In this document: piece by piece, positions 17,677 through 26,254 of the stretch
How positions within the stretch are numbered: position 1 is the stretch's first letter
Layout of the letters: every line of letters begins with the position of its first letter
NCBI GenBank assembly: GCA_963676105.1
Contig: OY781039.1
Span: 210,001-242,000 of the forward strand
DNA length: 32,000 bases
Origin: Erysipelotrichaceae bacterium
GTDB taxonomy: Bacteria > Bacillota_I > Bacilli_A > Erysipelotrichales > Erysipelotrichaceae
Reading direction: 5' to 3'
The notes under the pieces: model-generated
Told to the model about the DNA's origin: nothing
Databases searched by the model: none
The model's input: the letters and a program-made list of their open reading frames with translations, nothing else
Program-made: the position numbers and the translations under genes

Positions 17677-18177
17677 ATGAAAATTAAATGTTGTAATTGT
17701 GGATCTGACGACATTATGAATGTTGAGTATGGAACACCAGATGAAAAAATGATTAAACGAATCGAAAAGGGTGAGATACTTCATGGTGGATGCGCTGTCA
17801 GTGGACTTATGCAAAAGTATTATTGTATGGATTGTGATACGCGCTTTGATGATGAATGTACCGACTTATTTGTTGATCACATTAGACGAATTGAATTTAA
17901 AGATGAACAAAGACATGTTGATATTATCTTTGCTAAAGAAAATTTACATATTAAATCTGATGATATAGAAAAAGATATCAAATATACAGATGATATTAAA
18001 AAGTTATTAAAAAAGACACAGGTTGAATATCTGCAATCTTTTATGCCAAGCACTTATAGTATTCGATTTGAATGTTACGGATATATTCAAGATATTGTAG
18101 AGAAATCTGGTAATAGTACTGAACCTACTAATGCTTCGTTATTCATAAATTGGATAGATGAAATCTTAAAAAAATAA
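17677..18177 (+). CDS. Hypothetical protein with N-terminal zinc ribbon
   Basis: CxxC…CxxC pairs (CCNCGSDD … YYCMDCDTRF) fall within the first ~55 aa. The remaining ~110 aa have no recognisable motif. The ORF is bounded by a promoter and a terminator. Confidence 0.55.
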   Translation: MKIKCCNCGSDDIMNVEYGTPDEKMIKRIEKGEILHGGCAVSGLMQKYYCMDCDTRFDDECTDLFVDHIRRIEFKDEQRHVDIIFAKENLHIKSDDIEKDIKYTDDIKKLLKKTQVEYLQSFMPSTYSIRFECYGYIQDIVEKSGNSTEPTNASLFINWIDEILKK

Positions 18178-18197
18178 CGATGGATATCTCCATCGTT
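18176..18197. terminator. Bidirectional terminator between the zinc-ribbon gene and pyrR
   Basis: AACGATGGA-tatc-TCCATCGTT forms a 9-bp stem. On the minus strand it is followed by ATTTTTTT, and on the plus strand by TTTA. It abuts both stop codons. Confidence 0.75.
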
Positions 18198-18731
18198 TTA
18201 CTTGATTAAATAAACATTATCGTTACCATCATTTTCATAAAGGTGAACTTTAATATTTTCTTCTAATGCAGTTGGAATGTTTTTGCCAATATAATCAGGG
18301 CGAATTGGTAATTCTCTATGACCTCGATCAATTAAACAAGCAAGTTTAATTTTTTGTGGTCTACTGATATGCATCAAAGTATCAAGTGCTGCTCTAATCG
18401 TACGACCAGTAAAAAGCACATCATCGACTAGGATGACAGTTTTGTCTTTAATTTCGAAGGGTAGTGTTGGTGCTGAAACTGATTTATTCACTTTTTCATC
18501 ATCTCTAAAATACGAGATATCGATTTCACCAACATTTAAAGAAATACCTTCTAGTTCTTTAATGCGTTCTGCAATACGGTGTGCTAATGTGATGCCACGC
18601 GTCTTAATGCCCACAATACAAACGTTTTCAAGTTCTTTGTTTTGTTCAATGATCTCAAAACTAATGCGCGTTAAAGAACGTCGCAAATGATCAGCATCTA
18701 ATATTATTTTTGATTCGGTAGATTTTTTCAT
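18198..18731 (-). CDS. pyrR: PyrR: pyrimidine operon attenuation regulator / uracil phosphoribosyltransferase
   Basis: Contains the PRPP loop VILVDDVLFTGRTIRAALD and a typical N-terminus (ILDADHLRRSLTRISFEIIEQN). About 177 aa from the ATG at 18731. The track start at 18767 is a TTG buried in the upstream terminator hairpin. Confidence 0.88.
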   Translation of the reverse strand: MKKSTESKIILDADHLRRSLTRISFEIIEQNKELENVCIVGIKTRGITLAHRIAERIKELEGISLNVGEIDISYFRDDEKVNKSVSAPTLPFEIKDKTVILVDDVLFTGRTIRAALDTLMHISRPQKIKLACLIDRGHRELPIRPDYIGKNIPTALEENIKVHLYENDGNDNVYLIK

Positions 18732-18748
18732 ACTCAACAACTTTAACA

Positions 18749-18775
18749 TAAAAAAGCCATGTTTCAAACATGGCT
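18749..18775 (-). terminator. Intrinsic terminator after the 64-aa membrane peptide gene
   Basis: On the minus strand, AGCCATGTTT-g-AAACATGGCT is a 10-bp palindromic stem followed by TTTTTA. It starts at the stop codon of the upstream gene and ends about 18 nt before the pyrR ATG. Confidence 0.7.
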
Positions 18776-18969
18776 TACTTAAATACGATAGCTAAGACAA
18801 TGAAGATGGCCGCAAAGACCAATAAAAGCATTTTATAACCTTTTTTACCCAGTTTATTGATTAGAAACCGAGTCTTTGGATTTCCTTCATAGAAGATAGG
18901 AATTTCCACAAAATAAGCAATGATATACAATGCTGCAAATAGAAAGAATATTAATCCTAGATAGTCCAT
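18775..18969 (-). CDS. Small membrane protein (two predicted TM helices)
   Basis: A strong AGGAGGAAAG RBS is present. There are two hydrophobic stretches (LIFFLFAALYIIAYFV, MLLLVFAAIFIVLAIVF). It lies 11 nt after the permease stop. Confidence 0.65.
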   Translation of the reverse strand: MDYLGLIFFLFAALYIIAYFVEIPIFYEGNPKTRFLINKLGKKGYKMLLLVFAAIFIVLAIVFK

Positions 18970-18980
18970 ACTTTCCTCCT

Positions 18981-19700
18981 TTATAAGTATTTTTTCTTAA
19001 ACACACCATAGAGTAGTGTGATTAAAACGATGTTGTATACAAAACCAATAATAAGATAAAGGCTAGTATTTAAATACATCTCTACAAGTCCTGCATCAAT
19101 GAGTGGTGTCGCTAGTTCAAATTGGAAAGCTTTAAATACCCAGAAAGCGGGCGCAAAGGCAAAGATCCATTGTTTCCAATCAAGAAAGAAGAATGAAACA
19201 ATTGGGAAAATCATTAAGAAACCAGAACCTTTCATGGCCATGAACCCTTCGACTTTATTAGAAGCTAAAGCATTAATAATAAAGGCGTGAATCGGAATTT
19301 GAAGACAAGCTAATAGAGTAAATAAGGCATAAAGACCTAAGTTGATTTGCATATCAATCATGTAGTAAATAATGAAGTTCGCAAAGAAACCTAAAACAGT
19401 AACGAAGGCTACTTTAAACCAGACATAAAAGCGGATATTAAGGGGAGAAATATTAATGGAAGTGAAGACATGATCATCACGGTCATCCATAATTGAGAAT
19501 CCTCCCATTGCCCCAAAGACAACGCCAGAAATGATAGATAGAGAAATAACGATGACTTGTACAGTCTGAGCTTGATATTCGTTATTCTGTAGGAAGGCAT
19601 TTCCAATATATCCAACTAGGAATGGATAGATTAGAAACATCAGTGTCATACGATCGCGAATGACATTTTTGAATTCAAATTTAATGAGTCGAGCAATCAT
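18981..19700 (-). CDS. ABC-2-type exporter permease (second subunit)
   Basis: A polytopic membrane protein of 239 aa. It is tightly packed (3-nt gap) behind a paralogous permease and an ABC ATPase. Confidence 0.75.
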   Translation of the reverse strand: MIARLIKFEFKNVIRDRMTLMFLIYPFLVGYIGNAFLQNNEYQAQTVQVIVISLSIISGVVFGAMGGFSIMDDRDDHVFTSINISPLNIRFYVWFKVAFVTVLGFFANFIIYYMIDMQINLGLYALFTLLACLQIPIHAFIINALASNKVEGFMAMKGSGFLMIFPIVSFFFLDWKQWIFAFAPAFWVFKAFQFELATPLIDAGLVEMYLNTSLYLIIGFVYNIVLITLLYGVFKKKYL

Positions 19701-19703
19701 AAC

Positions 19704-20432
19704 TTATACCCCCAAATCTTTCGTTGCGAAATCTTTAAAGTAAGGTAATACTAAGAAGCGATACATCACAAAACTTAAAGTGATGACATATGCACAATCA
19801 ATAAGGTAATCAACTAAGTTAACAGATTCTTCAATCGATGCGGTCATTAATCTTAGTGTCACATCCGTTGGTGTCCAATAAAGGATATCTGACCAAGAAG
19901 CATCAAGTAGACCTACTTGAACCATCATTGTTGGAAAGACTAAGACAATCATCATTAACATATAGTTAAGTAGTAATGCGGTAAAGTCTTTCGAAATATA
20001 TGATAAAAGAATGCCAATAAAGACGTAATAGGCTGTCACAAGCAATATGCCAATCGCTAACCAGTGAAATCCAAAGATAAAGTCTTTTAAGAAATACATG
20101 GATCCACCAATAATGCCAAACATAATAAAGAGATTTAGAACATTCGCAAAGATTTTGGCGAAGATATATTCACTTTCTTTCATTGGTGAGATAAGCATAC
20201 TAGAGATGGTATGTTCTTTTTTTTCAAAGAACATTTCTGCACCAATAAGTAGTGCGGTCATTGCGCTAGCTTCCATTAAGAATACAAAGGGAAGAAATTC
20301 AAAGAATTCATCTTGTTCTAAGAAGTAACCAACCACAACCCAAATGAGGGCTACGACAAATGAAGCTGTAAATAAATTGTATTTAATCAGCCGATTGAAT
20401 TCTCCACTGACTAAAAATTTAAGCCTCGTCAT
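19704..20432 (-). CDS. ABC-2-type exporter permease (first subunit)
   Basis: A polytopic membrane protein of 242 aa. It overlaps the ATPase gene end by 14 nt. Confidence 0.75.
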   Translation of the reverse strand: MTRLKFLVSGEFNRLIKYNLFTASFVVALIWVVVGYFLEQDEFFEFLPFVFLMEASAMTALLIGAEMFFEKKEHTISSMLISPMKESEYIFAKIFANVLNLFIMFGIIGGSMYFLKDFIFGFHWLAIGILLVTAYYVFIGILLSYISKDFTALLLNYMLMMIVLVFPTMMVQVGLLDASWSDILYWTPTDVTLRLMTASIEESVNLVDYLIDCAYVITLSFVMYRFLVLPYFKDFATKDLGV

Positions 20433-21276
20433 GTAACTTAACTCCTGTTACTTGGATAAAGATCTCTTCAAGGGTTGTTTCACCAGAGTGAATAGTTTCA
20501 ATTTCATGGTTTTTTAAGAAATCTGCAAATGCTTTTTTCTTAATGTCATCCATTTCAAATTCTTTGCTTTCAGTCTTATCGTTTTCTTTATATTCAACTT
20601 TTACGCTACGTTGACCATATTTAATCTTTAAATTTCGTGGGCTATCAACTTCCATGATTTTCCCATCAACAATAAAGGCTACACGATCACAAAGTTCATC
20701 CACATCAGACATAATGTGTGAGGTTAAGAAGACAGTTCCACCATCATTCGCAAAGTCACGAATGATATCTTTAACAATACGTGCATTCTTTGGATCTAAA
20801 CCATTGGTTGGTTCATCCAAAAATAACATCTTAGGTTTATTGAGTAGAGCACGTACTAAATTAAGTCGTATTTTCATACCTTTTGAATAATCACCAGCTA
20901 ATTTATTACGATCTTCCCACAAACCAACTCTTTCCATTAATGGTTGAATATCTGCATGGTTTTTATAAAGTTTTTGGAAGAATTCTAAGTTTTCCATTGC
21001 GGTAAGTTTTGAGAATGAAATTGGCATTTCGAAACAGACACCAATATCTTCATAGAAAACATCATTGAAGTCTTTTAAGTCTTTGCCATCAAAGGAAATG
21101 TTACCGTTTTGATATTTTAAAAGTTTAACTAATAGTTTTTGAGTGGTTGTTTTACCTGCGCCACTTGGTCCTAAAAATCCAAAGATTTCACCTTTCGCAA
21201 TTTCAAAGTCGATCCCTCTGATGGTATCGTCTGCATTTTTAGGATACTTGTAGAATAATTCTGTAACTTTAAACAT
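20419..21276 (-). CDS. ABC transporter ATP-binding protein
   Basis: Contains Walker A GPSGAGKTT, signature YSKGMKIRL, Walker B MLFLDEPTNGLD and H-loop TSHIM. The ATG at 21276 follows an AGGAGA RBS. The track start at 21306 lies inside tetR. Confidence 0.9.
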   Translation of the reverse strand: MFKVTELFYKYPKNADDTIRGIDFEIAKGEIFGFLGPSGAGKTTTQKLLVKLLKYQNGNISFDGKDLKDFNDVFYEDIGVCFEMPISFSKLTAMENLEFFQKLYKNHADIQPLMERVGLWEDRNKLAGDYSKGMKIRLNLVRALLNKPKMLFLDEPTNGLDPKNARIVKDIIRDFANDGGTVFLTSHIMSDVDELCDRVAFIVDGKIMEVDSPRNLKIKYGQRSVKVEYKENDKTESKEFEMDDIKKKAFADFLKNHEIETIHSGETTLEEIFIQVTGVKLHDEA

Positions 21277-21892
21277 TTTTTTCTCCTGTGGACACAAGTG
21301 TTCCATTCATTATTAATTCAAGAATATCTCTTGTTTTATCAATCATGCCTTCATAATCACCTTTTTGGAAATAATGAAGAAGTAGATCTCTATTTATTGC
21401 GACTAACATGTCGCTAAGTAGGTGAGGGTCAACATCAGATTTTATAATACCTCTTGCTTGGTCACGTTTAATAAGATTGATGAAGTAATCTAAGATTTTG
21501 GGATTTTGATCATTAAGTTTTTTAATAAAATCACTACTGTCATAATCCATGAAGACACCAATCTTATAGAATCTTGGTCGCTTTTTCATCCATATCTGAA
21601 TTTGATACATCATATGCATATAGTGATCAAAGAGGGTGGCATTTTCATCAAGTTCTACGACATCTTTAAAAATAGCCATTTTTTCTTCAACAATGACTTT
21701 CATGAGCTCTAAGTAACAGTCTTCTTTATCTTCAAAATATTGATAAAAAGAGCCACGAGAAATTTGAGCTTGTTTGATGATTCGATTAATTGACGCTTGA
21801 GAAAAAGAATATTCGCTAAACTCGTCAATGATAGCTTCCATGATGCGATTTCTTTTTGTTTCGTCTAATTGATGATATGTATCTTTTGCCAT
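21269..21892 (-). CDS. TetR/AcrR-family transcriptional regulator
   Basis: The N-terminal HTH is FSQASINRIIKQAQISRGSFYQYFEDKEDCY. At 207 aa it is the first gene of the exporter operon, with an 8-nt overlap onto the ATPase gene. Confidence 0.88.
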   Translation of the reverse strand: MAKDTYHQLDETKRNRIMEAIIDEFSEYSFSQASINRIIKQAQISRGSFYQYFEDKEDCYLELMKVIVEEKMAIFKDVVELDENATLFDHYMHMMYQIQIWMKKRPRFYKIGVFMDYDSSDFIKKLNDQNPKILDYFINLIKRDQARGIIKSDVDPHLLSDMLVAINRDLLLHYFQKGDYEGMIDKTRDILELIMNGTLVSTGEKNV

Positions 21893-21910
21893 ATGACAAC
21901 CTTGTCATAT
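21891..21910. promoter_or_regulatory. Perfect palindrome, probable TetR operator
   Basis: ATATGACAA-cc-TTGTCATAT has 9-bp arms. It spans the tetR start codon and 5' UTR, immediately downstream of the inferred promoter. Confidence 0.6.
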
Positions 21911-21912
21911 AA

Positions 21913-21941
21913 ATTATATGCCTATCAAAATAAAAAAACAA
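21913..21941 (-). promoter_or_regulatory. Promoter of the tetR-ABC operon
   Basis: On the minus strand: TTGTTT (21941-21936), a 17-nt spacer, then TATAAT (21918-21913). The predicted transcription start falls inside the palindrome. Confidence 0.5.
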
Positions 21942-21999
21942 GAAGATTAATGAAACGATTAAAACTTGTGCTTATAATAGACATAAGGAGAATTTACAT

Positions 22000-22884
22000 A
22001 TGATAAAAGTTGAACAACTTACAAAGACATATGGGAATGGTAAAGGAATCTTTGATGTGTCCTTTGAAGTTTCAGACGGTGAAGTCTTTGGCTTTTTAGG
22101 TCCTAATGGGGCAGGAAAGACGACGACCATTCGTCAATTACTTGGATTTACCAATGCTGAAAAAGGACAATGTACAATCAATGGTTTAGATACACGTAGT
22201 CAATCTCATGTGATTAAGAAAGATCTGGGATACTTACCAGGCGAAATAGCTTTTTTTGATGATATGACAGGAACACAGTTTTTAAACTTCCTACAAGATT
22301 TATCAGGTCATAAAGATAAGCAACTTAGAAACGAATTGATTGCGTTTTTTGAATTAGAAGCTCATCGCAAGATACGTAAGATGAGTAAGGGCATGAAACA
22401 AAAAGTTGCGCTTATTGCGGCTTTTATGGATGATCCAAAAGTCGTTATTTTAGATGAGCCAACCTCAGGATTAGATCCACTCATGCAGAAGCGTTTTATT
22501 GAATTTATCATTTCACAGAAAGAAAAAGGGAAAACCATATTAATGTCTTCCCATATGTTTGAAGAAGTAGAGAGAACGTGTGAAAGAGTTGCGATTATTA
22601 AAGATGGACGAATCGTTGCGACTGAAAATATCAATGATTTGAAATTAAAGATGCAAAAACAATATCTAGTCACATTCAAAAATAAAACTTCACTCAATAA
22701 ATTGCTTAAATCTAATTTGGATGTAAAACAAACATCAGAATTAACTGTGGAAATTAATTTACATAATAATCTTGATGAAATGATGGAAGTACTAGCTTCA
22801 TGTAAGTTAGAAAAATTTGATTCCATTAATCAATCACTAGAACAAATCTTTATTTCTTATTATGGGAAAGGAGATGTCGCATGA
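22000..22884 (+). CDS. ABC transporter ATP-binding protein
   Basis: Contains Walker A GPNGAGKTT, signature MSKGMKQKV, Walker B VVILDEPTSGLD and H-loop SSHMF. An AAGGAG RBS is present, and TATAAT lies at 21973-21978. Confidence 0.9.
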   Translation: MIKVEQLTKTYGNGKGIFDVSFEVSDGEVFGFLGPNGAGKTTTIRQLLGFTNAEKGQCTINGLDTRSQSHVIKKDLGYLPGEIAFFDDMTGTQFLNFLQDLSGHKDKQLRNELIAFFELEAHRKIRKMSKGMKQKVALIAAFMDDPKVVILDEPTSGLDPLMQKRFIEFIISQKEKGKTILMSSHMFEEVERTCERVAIIKDGRIVATENINDLKLKMQKQYLVTFKNKTSLNKLLKSNLDVKQTSELTVEINLHNNLDEMMEVLASCKLEKFDSINQSLEQIFISYYGKGDVA

Positions 22885-23684
22885 TTTTTACACTCTTAAA
22901 ATATAATCTAAAGACTAATCGATTTTTACTCATCGCCATCTTAGGTGTTATGGCCATGTATTTATCCATCATGACTTCAATGTATGATCCTGCAAATGCG
23001 AATGCCTTAGAAGCCATGTTAGAGATTTTTCCTGAAGGTATGATACAAGCTTTAGGTTTCTCTAATTTTGGGACAAGCTTACTAACTTTTATTGTGGGTT
23101 ATATTTATGGTTTCTTAATCCTATTGTTTCCAATGATATTTGTAGTTGTGGCGAATCATAAAATGATTGCTTCACTGGTTGATAAGGGATCAATGGCTTA
23201 TTTACTTTCAACACCAAATTCACGTGTAAAAGTTATCTTTACACAAGCTATTAGTTCTTTAATACTTGTTAGTTTACTCTTGATTGGCATCACTATCATT
23301 GGGATAGGAAGTGCAGAAATATTCTTCTCAGGTGAACTTGAAATTATGGAATATGTTCAGGTTAATCTTTATGCCTTGGCATTATACTATGCGATTAGTT
23401 CACTCATCTTCTTAGGGTCTAGTATCGCTTCAGAATCAAGATATTCCTTGGCAATAGGGGTAGGATTCCCGGTTTCATTCTTACTTATTCAAATGATCTC
23501 TGATGTAGGTGAAAAGTTTGCTTGGTTAGAAAACTTTACCTTATACACACTCTTTGATCCGCAACGCTTAGTTCAAGGGGATACAGAATTTGCCTTAATG
23601 GCTTCTGGGATTCTAATTGCTATTGCGATTGTTTTATACAGTACATCTATGTATTTATTTAATAAACGTAATTTATATATCTAA
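22881..23684 (+). CDS. ABC-2-type transporter permease
   Basis: A 267-aa protein with about 6 hydrophobic segments. It forms an ATGA overlap with the ATPase gene. Confidence 0.8.
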   Translation: MIFTLLKYNLKTNRFLLIAILGVMAMYLSIMTSMYDPANANALEAMLEIFPEGMIQALGFSNFGTSLLTFIVGYIYGFLILLFPMIFVVVANHKMIASLVDKGSMAYLLSTPNSRVKVIFTQAISSLILVSLLLIGITIIGIGSAEIFFSGELEIMEYVQVNLYALALYYAISSLIFLGSSIASESRYSLAIGVGFPVSFLLIQMISDVGEKFAWLENFTLYTLFDPQRLVQGDTEFALMASGILIAIAIVLYSTSMYLFNKRNLYI

Positions 23685-23689
23685 AAGAA

Positions 23690-23717
23690 AAGGTCCTCAT
23701 ATGAGGACCTTATTTTT
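23690..23717. terminator. Bidirectional intrinsic terminator
   Basis: AAGGTCCTCAT|ATGAGGACCTT is a perfect 22-nt palindrome followed by ATTTTT. The MscS stop codon lies in its right arm. Confidence 0.8.
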
Positions 23718-24759
23718 CGATAAAGAGAGTTTGGGTTGGATAAGCAAAGTCCAATCTTTTTTCATCAAAGATGCGTTTAACTTCTAAGTTGATTTCTTGT
23801 TGTTTATTCATAAAAACTAAATAATCTGATTCAAGAATATAATAAACGGTTGTAAAGTTTAAACTCGAATCATTGAAAGCGTTGAAGTGGCATCGATCAA
23901 ATTCGACACCATCAACATTTTTAATTATGTTTTCGATGATACTTGGTATTTCTTTTAAATTTTCAGCACTCGTCTGGTATGTAAGTCCTAGATTTAATAC
24001 AACACGACGTTTATTAAGTGATTTATAGTTATGGATTCTTTCATTGGTTAATGTTTTATTAGGGATAATGACAAGTTCACCAAGGAGTGATCTAAGTCGA
24101 GTTGTCTTCAATCCAATATATTCAACCGTACCACTTATTTCACCTACGACAATGTAATCGCCAATATTAAAGGGTTGATCAAATGAAATTGTGACATAGG
24201 ATAATAAATCTTGAAATACGGCTTGAGCTGCAAAGGCTACAGCCAGACCACCTATTCCTAGTGAAGCTGCTAAAGTAGATATTTCAATGCCGATATTATC
24301 TAAGAAAATTAGTATGGCAATGGTCCAAACGATAAATTTGAATAAGCCATTCAAGAATCTTAATGGTTTAACAAGTTTATCATCACCATCTTTAATTCCT
24401 TTTTTAATAAAGAGAGAGACAAGTGTTGTCGCAATCTGTGAAAATACGAAAATACCAAATGCATAAACAATAATATCTATCCAATCTTTTAAAGGACTTG
24501 TGATGGTAAGAACTTGAATCGCAATTGTAATTGAAAAGTAAATGATAAATGGTTTTGTATAGCGTTTAATGCTTGTAAACATCCATTTTCCAAGCACACT
24601 ATCATTGCCAGTCTGCGATTTTTCAACAATTTTCTCTAAGCCTTTTTCAACAAATATACTAAGAAAACTACCGATTACAATGATAATCGCAACACTTACA
24701 TATTGTGTTAATGTGTTATTTAAAAATGACACTGAATTTAAATATTCGATAATACTCAT
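23710..24759 (-). CDS. Mechanosensitive ion channel (MscS family)
   Basis: N-terminal TM helices are followed by the conserved MscS beta-domain PFNIGDYIVVGEISGTVEYIGLKTTRLRSLLGELVIIPNKTL. A TAGGAG RBS is present. Confidence 0.88.
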   Translation of the reverse strand: MSIIEYLNSVSFLNNTLTQYVSVAIIIVIGSFLSIFVEKGLEKIVEKSQTGNDSVLGKWMFTSIKRYTKPFIIYFSITIAIQVLTITSPLKDWIDIIVYAFGIFVFSQIATTLVSLFIKKGIKDGDDKLVKPLRFLNGLFKFIVWTIAILIFLDNIGIEISTLAASLGIGGLAVAFAAQAVFQDLLSYVTISFDQPFNIGDYIVVGEISGTVEYIGLKTTRLRSLLGELVIIPNKTLTNERIHNYKSLNKRRVVLNLGLTYQTSAENLKEIPSIIENIIKNVDGVEFDRCHFNAFNDSSLNFTTVYYILESDYLVFMNKQQEINLEVKRIFDEKRLDFAYPTQTLFIEK

Positions 24760-24808
24760 ATGTATAATTACTCCTATGCATCCACTTTAACATGAATGAG
24801 ACTTAAGG

Positions 24809-26134
24809 TTAAATCAATCGATACTCTGTCCATTTGTTTGAGCGATATCGAACGATATAGAAGACCATTCTTACGACCCAATCGATAAGCATCGCGATCC
24901 ATACACCATAAACCCCAATGCCAAATTGAATGGATAAGATATATGTGAAGCCTATTCTAAAGATGACCATGGCAATGATTGAAACCATCATGGTAAATTG
25001 TGAGTCACCTGCAGCTCGCAAGGCATTAGGTAAACCAAAGGGAATTGGCCAGAAAATAAAGGCAAATACATTATGTAAAAGGATTAAATGAAAGGTGATT
25101 TCTGTGATTTCATCAGAAAGGTGATAAAGACTTAAAATAAATGGTGTTGCAGATGTGACAAGAATAATCATAATGGCATTCATACCCCACATCCATTTAA
25201 GTAGTTTTTTAATATAAAAGCGAGCTTGATTATAATCATTTGCGCCAACAGTTTGACCAATGACGGTGACGATAACTAAGTTGGTCGACAAACCAAAAGA
25301 AATGGCGATAGGTACAATTGATTGTGCAATCCCATTTGCTGCAATATGAGTGGTCCCAAAGGAAGCTATCATACTTGCGAGAACTAACTTACCTGCGGTA
25401 ATTGAACCGTTTTCAATACTATTTGGGATAGCAATTTTAATGATTCTTTGAATAATATCTTTATGAAATTCAAAGATATGTTTGATTTGAATTTTAAATG
25501 CACGACTACCTTTGAGAGACAAATAAAAGACCAGCATAGATGCGACAAAACGTCCAAAGATAGCGGATACTCCAAAACCAAACACACCTGCATCAAAGAC
25601 ATAGATACTTAAGGCGTTACCGATAAACGTTAGAAAATTCATAATGATTGAACTAATCATAGGAATTTTTGTATTCCCTATGGATCTAAATATCGCATTA
25701 CCGGATTGATATAGTGAATAAAAAGGATAGGAGAAAGCTGATATAAAAAAGTAAAGTGAAGCAGTATTGACAACTTCTAATTCTGCTTGACCAAATAAAA
25801 GGTTGATTATTGGTTTATTTAAAATTATAAGGAACATTGAAATACTAATAGAAATAATAATATTAAAACTATAAAGTTGTGCTGCAGTATGTTCTGCCAT
25901 GTCTTTGTTTTTATTGCCAATATATTGAGATATGACAACTGATCCACCTGAAGCTAGCGCAATAAAGATAAAGAAAAGAACGGTATTTATCATATCCACG
26001 AGTGTAACCCCAGATAAAGCGTTTGCGCCGGCTTGCGCAATCATTAGATTAGATAAGAAGGTGACCAATAATAAAAGAATCTGATCTACAAATAATGGAA
26101 GTATTAAACGTCTTAAATCTTGGTTGGTAAACAT
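24809..26134 (-). CDS. MATE-family efflux transporter
   Basis: About 441 aa with a 12-TM pattern and a typical MATE N-terminus (DLRRLILPLFVDQILLLLV). The ATG at 26134 follows an AAGGA RBS. The track start at 26140 is a TTG. Confidence 0.88.
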   Translation of the reverse strand: MFTNQDLRRLILPLFVDQILLLLVTFLSNLMIAQAGANALSGVTLVDMINTVLFFIFIALASGGSVVISQYIGNKNKDMAEHTAAQLYSFNIIISISISMFLIILNKPIINLLFGQAELEVVNTASLYFFISAFSYPFYSLYQSGNAIFRSIGNTKIPMISSIIMNFLTFIGNALSIYVFDAGVFGFGVSAIFGRFVASMLVFYLSLKGSRAFKIQIKHIFEFHKDIIQRIIKIAIPNSIENGSITAGKLVLASMIASFGTTHIAANGIAQSIVPIAISFGLSTNLVIVTVIGQTVGANDYNQARFYIKKLLKWMWGMNAIMIILVTSATPFILSLYHLSDEITEITFHLILLHNVFAFIFWPIPFGLPNALRAAGDSQFTMMVSIIAMVIFRIGFTYILSIQFGIGVYGVWIAMLIDWVVRMVFYIVRYRSNKWTEYRLI

Positions 26135-26161
26135 GGGCAATCATCCTTGAACTGTGCATCT

Positions 26162-26192
26162 ATCATACACTTGTAAGCGCACTACAAGTCAA
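26162..26192 (-). promoter_or_regulatory. MerR-type activatable promoter of the MATE gene (19-bp spacer with central dyad)
   Basis: On the minus strand: TTGACT (26192-26187), a 19-nt spacer, then TATGAT (26167-26162). The dyad ACTTGTA-N7-TACAAGT (26169-26189) is centred on the over-long spacer. Confidence 0.7.
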
Positions 26193-26254
26193 TCATTATT
26201 TTTCTTGACTTAGAGTGGACTTCACGGTTTACTATGAATTAAAGAGGTAAGCAT

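Noticed and set aside
18732-18969. Searched upstream of pyrR for a PyrR-binding anti-antiterminator loop (UCCAGAGAGG-like)
   Set aside because: No such sequence is present. The only CCAGAGA-like string in the window lies inside the purE coding sequence (about 2623) and is coincidental.
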